The notes beneath the pieces were generated by a model. That model saw nothing but the letters and a program-made list of their open reading frames with translations. It had not been told where the DNA came from and searched no databases. This document shows, one piece after another, positions 43,801-58,900 of a stretch of DNA of 64,000 bases. The first letter of the stretch is position 1, and each line of letters starts with the position of its first letter. Position numbers and translations under genes: made by a program. This DNA comes from Eledone cirrhosa (taxonomy: Eukaryota): positions 18,600,001 to 18,664,000 of the forward strand of contig OZ024740.1 in the NCBI GenBank assembly GCA_964016885.1, written 5' to 3'.

Positions 43801-45130
43801 ATAGTGTTATGTGTGTTATAATGTTCCCGTTGACCTATACTAAAGGGCTTCACTGATAGTGTTATGTGTGTTATAATGTCCCAGTTGACCTATACTAAAG
43901 GACTTCACTGATAGTGTTATGTGTGTTATAATGTCCCAGTTGACCTATACTAAAGGGCTTCACTGATAGTGTTATGTGTGTTATAATGTCCCAGTTGACC
44001 TATACTAAAGGACTTCACTGATAGTGTTATGCGTGTTATAATGTCCCAGTTGCCCTATACTAAAGGGCTTCACTGATAGTGTTATGTGTGTTATAATGTC
44101 CCAGTTGACCTATACTAAAGGGCTTCACTGATAGTGTTATGTGTTATAATGTCCCAGTTGACCTATACTAAAGGGCTTCACTGATAGTGTTATGTGTGTT
44201 ATAATGTCCCAGTTGACCTATACGAAAGGGCTCCACTGATAGTGTTATGTGTGTTATAATGTCCCAGTTGACCTATACTAAAAGGCTCCACTGATAGGGT
44301 TATGTGTGTTATAATGTCCCAGTTGACCTATACTAAAGGACTTCACTGATAGGGTTATGTGTGTTATAATGTCCCAGTTGACCTATACTAAAGGGCTTCA
44401 CTGATAGTGTTATGTGTTATAATGTCCCAGTTGACCTATACTAAAGGGCTTCACTGATAGTGTTATGTGTGTTACAATGTCCCAGTTGATCTATACTAAA
44501 AGACTTCACTGATAGGCTTATGTGTGTTATAATGTCCCAGTTGACCTATACTAAATGGCTTCACTGATAGTGTTATGTGTTATAATGTCCCAGTTGACCT
44601 ATACTAAAGGGCTTCACCGATAGTGTTATGCTGTTATAATGTCCCAGTTGACCTATACTAAAGGGCTTCACTGATAGTGTTATGTGTGTTGTAATGACCC
44701 AGTTGACCTATACTAAAGGGCTTCACCGATAGTGTTATGTGTGTTATAATGTCCCAGTTGACCTATACTAAAGGGCTTCACTGATAGTGTTATATGTTAT
44801 AATGTCCTAGTTGACCTATACTAAAGGGCTTCACTGATAGTGTTATGTGTGTTATAATGTCCCAGTTGACTTATACTAAAAGACTTCACTGATAGGGTTA
44901 TGTGTGTTATAATGTCCCAGTTGACCTATACTAAAGGACTTCACTGATAGGGTTATGTGTGTTATAATGTCCCAGTTGACCTATACTAAAGGACTTCACT
45001 GATAGTGTTATGTGTGTTATAATGTCCCAGTTGAACTATACTAAAAGACTTCACTGATAGGGTTATGTGTGTTATAATATCCCAGTTGAACTATACTAAA
45101 GGGCTTCACTGATAGTGTTATGTGTGTTAT
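37900..45130. repeat. Tandem duplication of a 3,776-bp (~69-monomer) unit; the second copy lacks 7 monomers
   Basis: TGAGTT 38343/42119, GGCATC 38484/42260, GTTCCCG 40050/43826 and ATGCGT 40256/44032 are offset 3,776. ACGAAAG 40833/44224 and ATGCTG 41240/44631 are offset 3,391 (3,776 minus 7x55). Confidence 0.9.
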
Positions 45131-46779
45131 AATTTCCCAGTTGACCTATACTAACGGGCTTCACTGATAGTGTTATGTGTGTTATAATGTCCCAGTTGAC
45201 CTATTCTAATGGATTTAACTGATAGTGTCATGTGTGTTATAATGTTTCAGTTGACCTATACTAAAGGACTTCACTGATAGGGTTATGTGTTATAATGTCC
45301 CAGTTGACCTATACTAAAGGGCTTAACTGATAGGCTTATGTGTTATAATGTCCCAGTTGACCTATACTAAAGGGCTTCACTGATAGTGTTATGTGTGTTA
45401 TAATGTCCCAGTTGACCTATACTAAAGGGCTTCACTGATAGGGTTATGTGTTATAATGTCCCAGTTGACTTATACTAAAGGACTTCACTGATAGTGTTAT
45501 GTGTTATAATGTCCCAGTTGACCTATACTAAAGGGCTTCACTGATAGTGTTATGTGTGTTATAATGTCCCAGATGACCTATACTGATGGATTTCACTGAT
45601 AGTGTCATGTGTGTTATAATGTCCCATTTGACCTATACTAAAGGACTTCACTGATAGTGTTATGTGTTATAATGACCCAGTTGACCTATACTAAATGGCT
45701 TCACTGATAGTGTTATGTGTGTTATAATGTCCCAGTTGACCTATACTAAAGGACTTCACTGATAGGGTTATGTGTGTTATAATTTCCCAGTTGACCTATA
45801 CTAAAAGGCTCCACTGATAGGCTTATGTGTGTTATAATGTCCCAGTTGACCTATACTAAAAGGCTCCACTGATAGGGTTATGTGTGTTATAATGTCCCAG
45901 TTGACCTATACTAAAGGACTTCACTGATAGGGTTATGTGTGTTATAATTTCCCAGTTGACCTATACTAAAAGGCTCCACTGATAGGCTTATGTGTGTTAT
46001 AATGTCCCAGTTGACTTATACTAAAGGGCTTAACTGATAGTGTTATGTGTGTTATAATTTCCCAGTTGACCTATACTAAAAGGCTCCACTGATAGGGTTA
46101 TGTGTGTTATAATTTCCCAGTTGACCTATACTAAAGGAGTTCACTGATAGGGTTATGTGTGTTATAATGTCCCAGTTGACCTATACTATAGGGCTCCATT
46201 GATAGTGTTATGTGTGTTATAACGTCCCAGTTGACCTATACTAAAGGACTTCACTGATAGGGTTATGTGTGTCATAATGTCCCAGTTGACCTATACTAAA
46301 GGACTTCACTGATAGTGTTATGTGTGTTATAATGTCCCAGTTGACCTATACTTAAGGGCTTCACTGATAGTGTTATGTGTGTTATAATGTCCCAGTTGAC
46401 CTATACTAAAGGACTTCACTGATAGGGTTATGTGTGTTATAATGTCCCAGTTGACCTATACTAAAGGGCTCCATTGATAGTGTTATGTGTGTTATAATGT
46501 CCCAGTTGACCTATACTAAAGGACTTCACTGATAGTGTTATGTGTTATAATGTCCCAGTTGACCTATACTAAAGGACTTCACTGATAGGGTTATGTGTGT
46601 TATAATGTCCCAGTCGACCTATACTAAAGGGCTCCATTGATAGTGTTATGTGTGTTATAATGTCCCAGTTGACCTATACTAAAGGACTTCACTGATAGGG
46701 TTATGTGTGTTATAATGTCCCAGTTGACCTATACTAAAGGACTTCACTGATAGTGTTATGTGTGTTATAACGTCCCAGT

Positions 46780-49700
46780 TGACCTATACTAAAGGACTTC
46801 ACTGATAGGGTTATGTGTGTTATAATGTCCCAGTTGACCTATAATAAAAGGCTCCACTGATAGGGTTATGTGTGTTATAATGTCCCAGTTGACCTATACT
46901 AAAGGACTTCACTGATAGGGTTATGTGTGTTATAATGTCCCAGTTGACCTATACTAAAGGGCTCCATTGATAGTGTTATGTGTGTTATAATGTCCCAGTT
47001 GACCTATACTAAAGGACTTCACTGATAGGGTTATGTGTGTTATAATGTCCCAGTTGACCTATACTAAAGGACTTCACTGATAGGGTTATGTGTGTTATAA
47101 TGTCCCAGTTGACCTATACTAAAGGGCTTCACTGATAGTGTTATGTGTTATAATGTCCCAGTTGACCTATACTAAAGTGCTTCACTGATAGTGTTATGTG
47201 TGTTATAATGTCCCAGTTGACCTATACTAAAAGACTTCACTGATAGGGTTATGTGTGTTATAATGTCCCAGTTGACCTATACTAAAGGGCTTCACTGATA
47301 GTGTTATGTGTTATAATGTCCCAGTTGACCTATACTAAAGGGCTTCAACGATAGTGTTATGTGTGTTATAATGTCCCAGTTGACCTATACTAAAGGGCTT
47401 CACCGATAGTGTTATGTGTGTTATAATGTCCCAGTTGACCTATACTAAAGGGCTTCACTGATAGTGTTATATGTTATAATGTCCTAGTTGACCTATACTA
47501 AAGGGCTTCACTGATAGTGTTATGTGTGTTATAATGTCCCAGTTGACCTATACTAAAAGACTTCACTGATAGGGTTATGTGTGTTATAATGTCCCAGTTG
47601 ACCTATACTAAAGGACTTCACTGATAGGGTTATGTGTGTTATAATGTCCCAGTCGACCTATACTAAAGGACTTCACTGATAGTGTTATGTGTGTTATAAT
47701 GTCCCAGTTGAACTATACTAAAAGACTTCACTGATAGGGTTATGTGTGTTATAATATCCCAGTTGAACTATACTAAAGGGCTTCACTGATAGTGTTATGT
47801 GTGTTATAATTTCCCAGTTGACCTATACTAACGGGCTTCACTGATAGTGTTATGTGTGTTATAATGTCCCAGTTGACCTATACTAATGGATTTAACTGAT
47901 AGTGTCATGTGTGTTATAATGTTTCAGTTGACCTATACTAAAGGACTTCACTGATAGTGTTATGCGTGTTATAATGTCCCAGTTGACCTATACTAAAAGG
48001 CTCCACTGATAGGGTTATGTGTGTTATAATGTCCCAGTTGACCTATACTAAAGGACTTCACTGATAGTGTTATGCGTGTTATAATGTCCCAGTTGACCTA
48101 TACTAAAAGGCTCCACTGATAGGGTTATGTGTGTTATAATGTCCCAGTTGACCTATACTAAAGGGCTCCACTGATAGTGTTATGTGTGTTATAATGTCCC
48201 AGTTGACCTATACTAAAAGGCTCCACTGATAGGGTTATGTGTGTTATAATGTCCCAGTTGACCTATACTAAAGGGCTCCACTGATAGTGTTATGTGTTAT
48301 AATGTCCCAGTTGACCTATACTAAAGGGCTTCACTGATAGTGTTATGTGTGTTACAATGTCCCAGTTGACTTATACTAAAAGACTTCACTGATAGGCTTA
48401 TGTGTGTTATAATGTCCCAGTTGACCTATACTAAAGGGCTTCACTGATAGTGTTATATGTTATAATGTCCCAGTTGACCTATACTAAATGGCTTCACCGA
48501 TAGTGTTATGTGTGTTATAATGTCCCAGTTGACCTATACTAAAGGGCTCCATTGATAGTGTTTTGTGTGTTATAATGTCCCAGTTGACCTATACTAAAGG
48601 ACTTCACTGATAGTGTTATGTGTTATAATGTCCCAGTTGACCTATACTAAAGGACTTCACTGATAGGGTTATGTGTGTTATAATGTCCCAGTTGACCTAT
48701 ACTAAAGGGGTCCATTGATAGTGTTATGTGTGTTATAATGTCCCAGTTGACCTATACTAAAGGACTTCACTGATAGGGTTATGTGTGTTATAATGTCCCA
48801 GTTGACCTATACTAAAGGACTTCACTGATAGTGTTATGTGTGTTATAATGTCCCAGTTGACCTATACTAAAGGACTTCACTGATAGGGTTATGTGTGTTA
48901 TAATGTCCCAGTTGACCTATAATAAAAGGCTCCACTGATAGGGTTATGTGTGTTATAATGTCCCAGTTGACCTATACTAAAGGACTTCACTGATAGGGTT
49001 ATGTGTGTTATAATGTCCCAGTTGACCTATACTAAAGGGCTCCATTGATAGTGTTATGTGTGTTATAATGTCCCAGTTGACCTATACTAAAGGACTTCAC
49101 TGATAGGGTTATGTGTGTTATAATGTCCCAGTTGACCTATACTAAAGGACTTCACTGATAGGGTTATGTGTGTTATAATGTCCCAGTTGACCTATACTAA
49201 AGGGCTTCACTGATAGTGTTATGTGTTATAATGTCCCAGTTGACCTATACTAAAGTGATTCACTGATAGTGTTATGTGTGTTATAATGTCCCAGTTGACC
49301 TATACTAAAAGACTTCACTGATAGGGTTATGTGTGTTATAATGTCCCAGTTGACCTATACTAAAGGGCTTCACTGATAGTGTTATGTGTTATAATGTCCC
49401 AGTTGACCTATACTAAAGGGCTTCACCGATAGTGTTATGTGTGTTATAATGTCCCAGTTGACCTATACTAAAGGGCTTCACCGATAGTGTTATGTGTGTT
49501 ATAATGTCCCAGTTGACCTATACTAAAGGGCTTCACTGATAGTGTTATATGTTATAATGTCCTAGTTGACCTATACTAAAGGGCTTCACTGATAGTGTTA
49601 TGTGTGTTATAATGTCCCAGTTGACCTATACTAAAAGACTTCACTGATAGGGTTATGTGTGTTATAATGTCCCAGTTGACCTATACTAAAGGACTTCACT

Positions 49701-50035
49701 GATAGGGTTATGTGTGTTATAATGTCCCAGTCGACCTATACTAAAGGACTTCACTGATAGTGTTATGTGTGTTATAATGTCCCAGTTGAACTATACTAAA
49801 AGACTTCACTGATAGGGTTATGTGTGTTATAATATCCCAGTTGAACTATACTAAAGGGCTTCACTGATAGTGTTATGTGTGTTATAATTTCCCAGTTGCC
49901 CTATACTAACGGGCTTCACTGATAGTGTTATGTGTGTTATAATGTCCCAGTTGACCTATACTAATGGATTTAACTGATAGTGTCATGTGTGTTATAATGT
50001 TTCAGTTGACCTATACTAAAGGACTTCACTGATAG
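46780..50035. repeat. Duplication at offset 2,078 bp (~38 monomers): ~46780-47960 recurs at ~48858-50035
   Basis: TATAATAAAAGG 46845/48923, GTCGAC 47652/49730 and ATGGATTTA 47886/49964. Confidence 0.8.
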
Positions 50036-53000
50036 GGTTATGTGTTATAATGTCCCAGTTGACCTATACTAAAGGGCTTAACTGATAGCCTTATGTGTTA
50101 TAATGTCCCAGTTGACCTATACTAAAGGGCTTCACTGATAGTGTTATGTGTGTTATAATGTCCCAGTTGACCTATACTAAAGGACTTCACTGATAGTGTT
50201 ATGCGTGTTATAATGTCCCAGTTGACCTATACTAAAAGGCTCCACTGATAGGGTTATGTGTGTTATAATGTCCCAGTTGACCTATACTAAAGGGCTCCAC
50301 TGATAGTGTTATGTGTGTTATAATGTCCCAGTTGACCTATACTAAAAGGCTCCACTGATAGGGTTATGTGTGTTATAATGTCGCAGTTGACCTATACTAA
50401 AGGGCTCCACTGATAGTGTTATGTGTTATAATGTCCCAGTTGACCTATACTAAAGGGCTTCACTGATAGTGTTATGTGTGTTACAATGTCCCAGTTGACT
50501 TATACTAAAAGACTTCACTGATAGGCTTATGTGTGTTATAATGTCCCAGTTGACCTATACTAAAGGGCTTCACTGATAGTGTTATATGTTATAATGTCCC
50601 AGTTGACCTATACTAAAGGGCTTCACCGATAGTGTTATGTGTGTTATAATGTCCCAGTTGACCTATACTAAAGGGCTTCACTGATAGTGTTATGTGTGTT
50701 GTAATGACCCAGTTGACCTATACTAAAGGGCTTCACCGATAGTGTTATGTGTGTTATAATGTCCCAGTTGACCTATACTAAAGAGCTTCACTGATAGTGT
50801 TATATGTTATAATGTCCTAGTTGACCTATACTAAAGGGCTTCACTGATAGTGTTATGTGTGTTATAATGTCCCAGTTGACTTATACTAAAAACTTCACTG
50901 ATAGGGTTATGTGTGTTATAATGTCCCAGTTGACCTATACTAAAGGACTTCACTGATAGGGTTATGTGTGTTATAATGTCCCAGTTGACCTATACTAAAG
51001 GACTTCACTGATAGTGTTATGTGTGTTATAATGTCCCAGTTGAACTATACTAAAAGACTTCACTGATAGGGTTATGTGTGTTATAATATCCCAGTTGAAC
51101 TATACTAAAGGGCTTCACTGATAGTGTTATGTGTGTTATAATGTCCCAGTTGACCTATACTAATGGATTTAACTGATAGTGTCATGTGTGTTATAATGTT
51201 TCAGTTGACCTATACTAAAGGACTTCACTGATAGGGTTATGTGTTATAATGTCCCAGTTGACCTATACTAAAGGTCTTAACTGATAGGCTTATGTGTTAT
51301 AATGTCCCAGTTGACCTACACTAAAGGGCTTCACTGATAGTGTTATGTGTTATAATGACCCAGTTGACCTATACTAAAGGGCTTCACTGATAGGGTTATG
51401 TGTTATAATGTCCCAGTTGACTTATACTAAAGGACTTCACTGATAGGGTTATGTGTGTTATAATGTCCCAGTTGACCTATACTAAAGGGCTTCACTGATA
51501 GTGTTATGTGTGTTATAATGTCCCAGTTGACCTATACTGATGGATTTCACTGATAGTGTCATGTGTGTTATAATGTCCCAGTTGACCTATACTAAAGGAC
51601 TTCACTGATAGTGTTATGTGTTATAATGACCCAGTTGACCTATACTAAATGGCTTCACTGATAGTGTTATGTGTGTTATAATGTCCCAGTTGACCTATAC
51701 TAAAGGACTTCACTGATAGGGTTATGTGTGTTATAATTTCCCAGTTGACCTATACTAAAAGGCTCCACTGATAGGCTTATGTGTGTTATAATGTCCCAGT
51801 TGACCTATACTAAAAGGCTCCACTGAGAGGGTTATGTGTGTTATAATGTCCCAGTTGACCTATACTAAAGGACTTCACTGATAGGGTTATGTGTGTTATA
51901 ATTTCCCAGTTGACCTATACTAAAGGACTTCACTGATAGGGTTATGTGTGTTATAATGTCCCAGTTGACCTATACTAAAGGAGTTCACTGATAGGGTTAT
52001 GTGTGTTATAATTTCCCAGTTGACCTATACTAAAGGACTTCACTGATAGGGTTATGTGTGTTATAATTTCCCAGTTGACCTATACTAAAGGACTTCACTG
52101 ATAGGGTTATGTGTGTTATAATTTCCCAGTTGACCTATACTAAAGGAGTTCACTGATAGGGTTATGTGTGTTATAATGTCCCAGTTGACCTATACTAAAG
52201 GACTTCACTGATAGTGTTATGTGTGTTATAATGTCCCAGTTGACCTATACTTAAGGGCTTCACTGATAGTGTTATGTGTGTTATAATGTCCCAGTTGACC
52301 TATACTAAAGGACTTCACTGATAGGGTTATGTGTGTTATAATGTCCCAGTTGACCTATACTAAAGGGCTCCATTGATAGTGTTATGTGTGTTATAATGTC
52401 CCAGTTGACCTATACTAAAGGACTTCACTGATAGGGTTATGTGTGTTATAATGTCCCAGTTGACCTATACTAAAGGACTTCACTGATAGGGTTATGTGTG
52501 TTATAATGTCCCAGTTGACCTATACTAAAAGGCTCCACTGATAGGGTTATGTGTGTTATAATGTCCCAGTTGACCTATACTAAAGGACTTCACTGATAGG
52601 GTTATGTGTGTTATAATGTCCCAGTTGACCTATACTAAAGGGCTCCATTGATAGTGTTATGTGTGTTATAATGTCCCAGTTGACCTATACTAAAGGACTT
52701 CACTGATAGTGTTATGTGTGTTATAATGTCCCAGTTGACCTATACTAAAGGACTTCACTGATAGGGTTATGTGTGTTATAATGTCCCAGTTGACCTATAC
52801 TAAAGGGCTCCATTGATAGTGTTATGTGTGTTATAATGTCCCAGTTGACCTATACTAAAGGACTTCACTGATAGGGTTATGTGTGTTATAATGTCCCAGT
52901 TGACCTATACTAAAGGACTTCACTGATAGGGTTATGTGTGTTATAATGTCCCAGTTGACCTATACTAAAGGGCTTCACTGATAGTGTTATGTGTTATAAT

Positions 53001-55958
53001 GTCCCAGTTGACCTATACTAAAGTGATTCACTGATAGTGTTATGTGTGTTATAATGTCCCAGTTGACCTATACTAAAAGACTTCACTGATAGGGTTATGT
53101 GTGTTATAATGTCCCAGTTGACCTATACTAAAGGGCTTCACTGATAGTGTTATGTGTTATAATGTCCCAGTTGACCTATACTAAAGGGCTTCACCGATAG
53201 TGTTATGTGTGTTATAATGTCCCAGTTGACCTATACTAAAGGGCTTCACCGATAGTGTTATGTGTGTTATAATGTCCCAGTTGACCTATACTAAAGGGCT
53301 TCACTGATAGTGTTATATGTTATAATGTCCTAGTTGACCTATACTAAAGGGCTTCACTGATAGTGTTATGTGTGTTATAATGTCCCAGTTGACCTATACT
53401 AAAAGACTTCACTGATAGGGTTATGTGTGTTATAATGTCCCAGTTGACCTATACTAAAGGACTTCACTGATAGGGTTATGTGTGTTATAATGTCCCAGTC
53501 GACCTATACTAAAGGACTTCACTGATAGTGTTATGTGTGTTATAATGTCCCAGTTGAACTATACTAAAAGACTTCACTGATAGGGTTATGTGTGTTATAA
53601 TATCCCAGTTGAACTATACTAAAGGGCTTCACTGATAGTGTTATGTGTGTTATAATTTCCCAGTTGCCCTATACTAACGGGCTTCACTGATAGTGTTATG
53701 TGTGTTATAATGTCCCAGTTGACCTATACTAATGGATTTAACTGATAGTGTCATGTGTGTTATAATGTTTCAGTTGACCTATACTAAAGGACTTCACTGA
53801 TAGGGTTATGTGTTATAATGTCCCAGTTGACCTATACTAAAGGGCTTAACTGATAGCCTTATGTGTTATAATGTCCCAGTTGACCTAATCTAAAGGGCTT
53901 CACTGATAGTGTTATGTGTGTTATAATGTCCCAGTTGACCTATACTAAAGGACTTCACTGATAGTGTTATGCGTGTTATAATGTCCCAGTTGACCTATAC
54001 TAAAAGGCTCCACTGATAGGGTTATGTGTGTTATAATGTCCCAGTTGACCTATACTAAAGGGCTCCACTGATAGTGTTATGTGTGTTATAATGTCCCAGT
54101 TGACCTATACTAAAAGGCTCCACTGATAGGGTTATGTGTGTTATAATGTCCCAGTTGACCTATACTAAAGGGCTCCACTGATAGTGTTATGTGTTATAAT
54201 GTCCCAGTTGACCTATACTAAAGGGCTTCACTGATAGTGTTATGTGTGTTACAATGTCCCAGTTGACTTATACTAAAAGACTTCACTGATAGGCTTATGT
54301 GTGTTATAATGTCCCAGTTGACCTATACTAAAGGGCTTCACTGATAGTGTTATATGTTATAATGTCCCAGTTGACCTATACTAAAGGGCTTCACCGATAG
54401 TGTTATGTGTGTTATAATGTCCCAGTTGACCTATACTAAAGGGCTTCACTGATAGTGTTATGTGTGTTGTAATGACCCAGTTGACCTATACTAAAGGGCT
54501 TCACCGATAGTGTTATGTGTGTTATAATGTCCCAGTTGACCTATACTAAAGAGCTTCACTGATAGTGTTATATGTTATAATGTCCTAGTTGACCTATACT
54601 AAAGGGCTTCACTGATAGTGTTATGTGTGTTATAATGTCCCAGTTGACTTATACTAAAAACTTCACTGATAGGGTTATGTGTGTTATAATGTCCCAGTTG
54701 ACCTATACTAAAGGACTTCACTGATAGGGTTATGTGTGTTATAATGTCCCAGTTGACTTATACTAAAGGACTTCACTGATAGTGTTATGTGTGTTATAAT
54801 GTCCCAGTTGAACTATACTAAAAGACTTCACTGATAGGGTTATGTGTGTTATAATATCCCAGTTGAACTATACTAAAGGTCTTCACTGATAGTGTTATGT
54901 GTGTTATAATGTCCCAGTTGACCTATACTAATGGATTTAACTGATAGTGTCATGTGTGTTATAATGTTTCAGTTGACCTATACTAAAGGACTTCACTGAT
55001 AGGGTTATGTGTTATAATGTCCCAGTTGACCTATACTAAAGGTCTTAACTGATAGGCTTATGTGTTATAATGTCCCAGTTGACCTACACTAAAGGGCTTC
55101 ACTGATAGTGTTATGTGTTATAATGACCCAGTTGACCTATACTAAAGGGCTTCACTGATAGGGTTATGTGTTATAATGTCCCAGTTGACTTATACTAAAG
55201 GACTTCACTGATAGGGTTATGTGTGTTATAATGTCCCAGTTGACCTATACTAAAGGGCTTCACTGATAGTGTTATGTGTGTTATAATGTCCCAGTTGACC
55301 TATACTGATGGATTTCACTGATAGTGTCATGTGTGTTATAATGTCCCAGTTGACCTATACTAAAGGACTTCACTGATAGTGTTATGTGTTATAATGACCC
55401 AGTTGACCTATACTAAATGGCTTCACTGATAGTGTTATGTGTGTTATAATGTCCCAGTTGACCTATACTAAAGGACTTCACTGATAGGGTTATGTGTGTT
55501 ATAATTTCCCAGTTGACCTATACTAAAAGGCTCCACTGATAGGCTTATGTGTGTTATAATGTCCCAGTTGACCTATACTAAAAGGCTCCACTGAGAGGGT
55601 TATGTGTGTTATAATGTCCCAGTTGACCTATACTAAAGGACTTCACTGATAGGGTTATGTGTGTTATAATTTCCCAGTTGACCTATACTAAAGGACTTCA
55701 CTGATAGGGTTATGTGTGTTATAATGTCCCAGTTGACCTATACTAAAGGAGTTCACTGATAGGGTTATGTGTGTTATAATTTCCCAGTTGACCTATACTA
55801 AAGGACTTCACTGATAGGGTTATGTGTGTTATAATTTCCCAGTTGACCTATACTAAAGGACTTCACTGATAGGGTTATGTGTGTTATAATTTCCCAGTTG
55901 ACCTATACTAAAGGAGTTCACTGATAGGGTTATGTGTGTTATAATGTCCCAGTTGACC
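48945..55958. repeat. Near-tandem duplication at offset 3,768 bp (~69 monomers): ~48945-52190 recurs at ~52713-55958
   Basis: GTCGAC 49730/53498, GATAGCC 50089/53857, ATGGATTTA 51163/54931 and CTGAGAGG 51827/55595, all offset 3,768. Confidence 0.9.
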
Positions 55959-58900
55959 TATACTATAGGGCTCCATTGATAGTGTTATGTGTGTTATAAC
56001 GTCCCAGTTGACCTATACTAAAGGACTTCACTGATAGGGTTATGTGTGTCATAATGTCCCAGTTGACCTATACTAAAGGACTTCACTGATAGTGTTATGT
56101 GTGTTATAATGTCCCAGTTGACCTATACTTAAGGGCTTCACTGATAGTGTTATGTGTGTTATAATGTCCCAGTTGACCTATACTAAAGGACTTCACTGAT
56201 AGGGTTATGTGTGTTATAATGTCCCAGTTGACCTATACTAAAGGGCTCCATTGATAGTGTTATGTGTGTTATAATGTCCCAGTTGACCTATACTAAAGGA
56301 CTTCACTGATAGGGTTATGTGTGTTATAATGTCCCAGTTGACCTATACTAAAGGACTTCACTGATAGGGTTATGTGTGTTATAATGTCCCAGTTGACCTA
56401 TACTAAAAGGCTCCACTGATAGGGTTATGTGTGTTATAATGTCCCAGTTGACCTATACTAAAGGACTTCACTGATAGGGTTATGTGTGTTATAATGTCCC
56501 AGTTGACCTATACTAAAGGGCTCCATTGATAGTGTTATGTGTGTTATAATGTCCCAGTTGACCTATACTAAAGGACTTCACTGATAGGGTTATGTGTGTT
56601 ATAATGTCCCAGTTGACCTATACTAAAGGACTTCACTGATAGGGTTATGTGTGTTATAATGTCCCAGTTGACCTATACTAAAGGGCTTCACTGATAGTGT
56701 TATGTGTTATAATGTCCCAGTTGACCTATACTAAAAGACTTCACTGATAGGGTTATGTGTGTTATAATGTCCCAGTTGACCTATACTAAAGGACTTCACT
56801 GATAGGGTTATGTGTGTTATAATGTCCCAGTCGACCTATACTAAAGGACTTCACTGATAGTGTTATGTGTGTTATAATGTCCCAGTTGAACTATACTAAA
56901 AGACTTCACTGATAGGGTTATGTGTGTTATAATATCCCAGTTGAACTATACTAAAGGGCTTCACTGATAGTGTTATGTGTGTTATAATTTCCCAGTTGAC
57001 CTATACTAACGGGCTTCACTGATAGTGTTATGTGTGTTATAATGTCCCAGTTGACCTATACTAATGGATTTAACTGATAGTGTCATGTGTGTTATAATGT
57101 TTCAGTTGACCTATACTAAAGGACTTCACTGATAGGGTTATGTGTTATAATGTCCCAGTTGACCTATACTAAAGGGCTTAACTGATAGGCTTATGTGTTA
57201 TAATGTCCCAGTTGACCTATACTAAAGGGCTTCACTGATAGTGTTATGTGTGTTATAATGTCCCAGTTGACCTATACTAAAGGACTTCACTGATAGTGTT
57301 ATGCGTGTTATAATGTCCCAGTTGACCTATACTAAAAGGCTCCACTGATAGGGTTATGTGTGTTATAATGTCCCAGTTGACCTATACTAAAGGGCTCCAC
57401 TGATAGTGTTATGTGTGTTATAATGTCCCAGTTGACCTATACTAAAAGGCTCCACTGATAGGGTTATGTGTGTTATAATGTCCCAGTTGACCTATACTAA
57501 AGGACTTCACTGATAGGGTTATGTGTGTTATAATGTCCCAGTTGACCTATACTAAAGGGCTTCACTGATAGTGTTATGTGTTATAATGTCCCAGTTGACC
57601 TATACTAAAGGGCTTCACTGATAGTGTTATGTGTGTTACAATGTCCCAGTTGACCTATACTAAAAGACTTCACTGATAGGCTTATGTGTGTTATAATGTC
57701 CCAGTTGACCTATACTAAAGGGCTTCACTGATAGTGTTATGTGTTATAATGTCCCAGTTGACCTATACTAAAGGACTTCACCGATAGTGTTATGTGTGTT
57801 ATAATGTCCCAGTTGACCTATACTAAAGGGCTTCACTGATAGTGTTATGTGTGTTGTAATGACCCAGTTGACCTATACTAAAGGGCTTCACCGATAGTGT
57901 TATGTGTGTTATAATGTACCAGTTGACCTATACTAAAGGGCTTCACTGATAGTGTTATATGTTATAATGTCCTAGTTGACCTATACTAAAGGGCTTCACT
58001 GATAGTGTTATGTGTGTTATAATGTCCCAGTTGACTTATACTAAAAGACTTCACTGATAGGGTTATGTGTGTTATAATGTCCCAGTTGACCTATACTAAA
58101 GGACTTCACTGATAGGGTTATGTGTGTTATAATGTCCCAGTTGACCTATACTAAAGGACTTCACTGATAGTGTTATGTGTGTTATAATGTCCCAGTTGAA
58201 CTATACTAAAAGACTTCACTGATAGGGTTATGTGTGTTATAATATCCCAGTTGAACTATACTAAAGGGCTTCACTGATAGTGTTATGTGTGTTATAATTT
58301 CCCAGTTGACCTATACTAACGGGCTTCACTGATAGTGTTATGTGTGTTATAATGTCCCAGTTGACCTATACTAATGGATTTAACTGATAGTGTCATGTGT
58401 GTTATAATGTTTCAGTTGACCTATACTAAAGGACTTCACTGATAGGGTTATGTGTTATAATGTCCCAGTTGACCTATACTAAAGGGCTTAACTGATAGGC
58501 TTATGTGTTATAATGTCCCAGTTGACCTATACTAAAGGGCTTCACTGATAGTGTTATGTGTGTTATAATGTCCCAGTTGACCTATACTAAAGGGCTTCAC
58601 TGATAGGGTTATGTGTTATAATGTCCCAGTTGACTTATACTAAAGGACTTCACTGATAGTGTTATGTGTTATAATGTCCCAGTTGACCTATACTAAAGGG
58701 CTTCACTGATAGTGTTATGTGTGTTATAATGTCCCAGTTGACCTATACTGATGGATTTCACTGATAGTGTCATGTGTGTTATAATGTCCCAGTTGACCTA
58801 TACTAAAGGACTTCACTGATAGTGTTATGTGTTATAATGTCCCAGTTGACCTATACTAAATGGCTTCACTGATAGTGTTATGTGTGTTATAATGTCCCAG

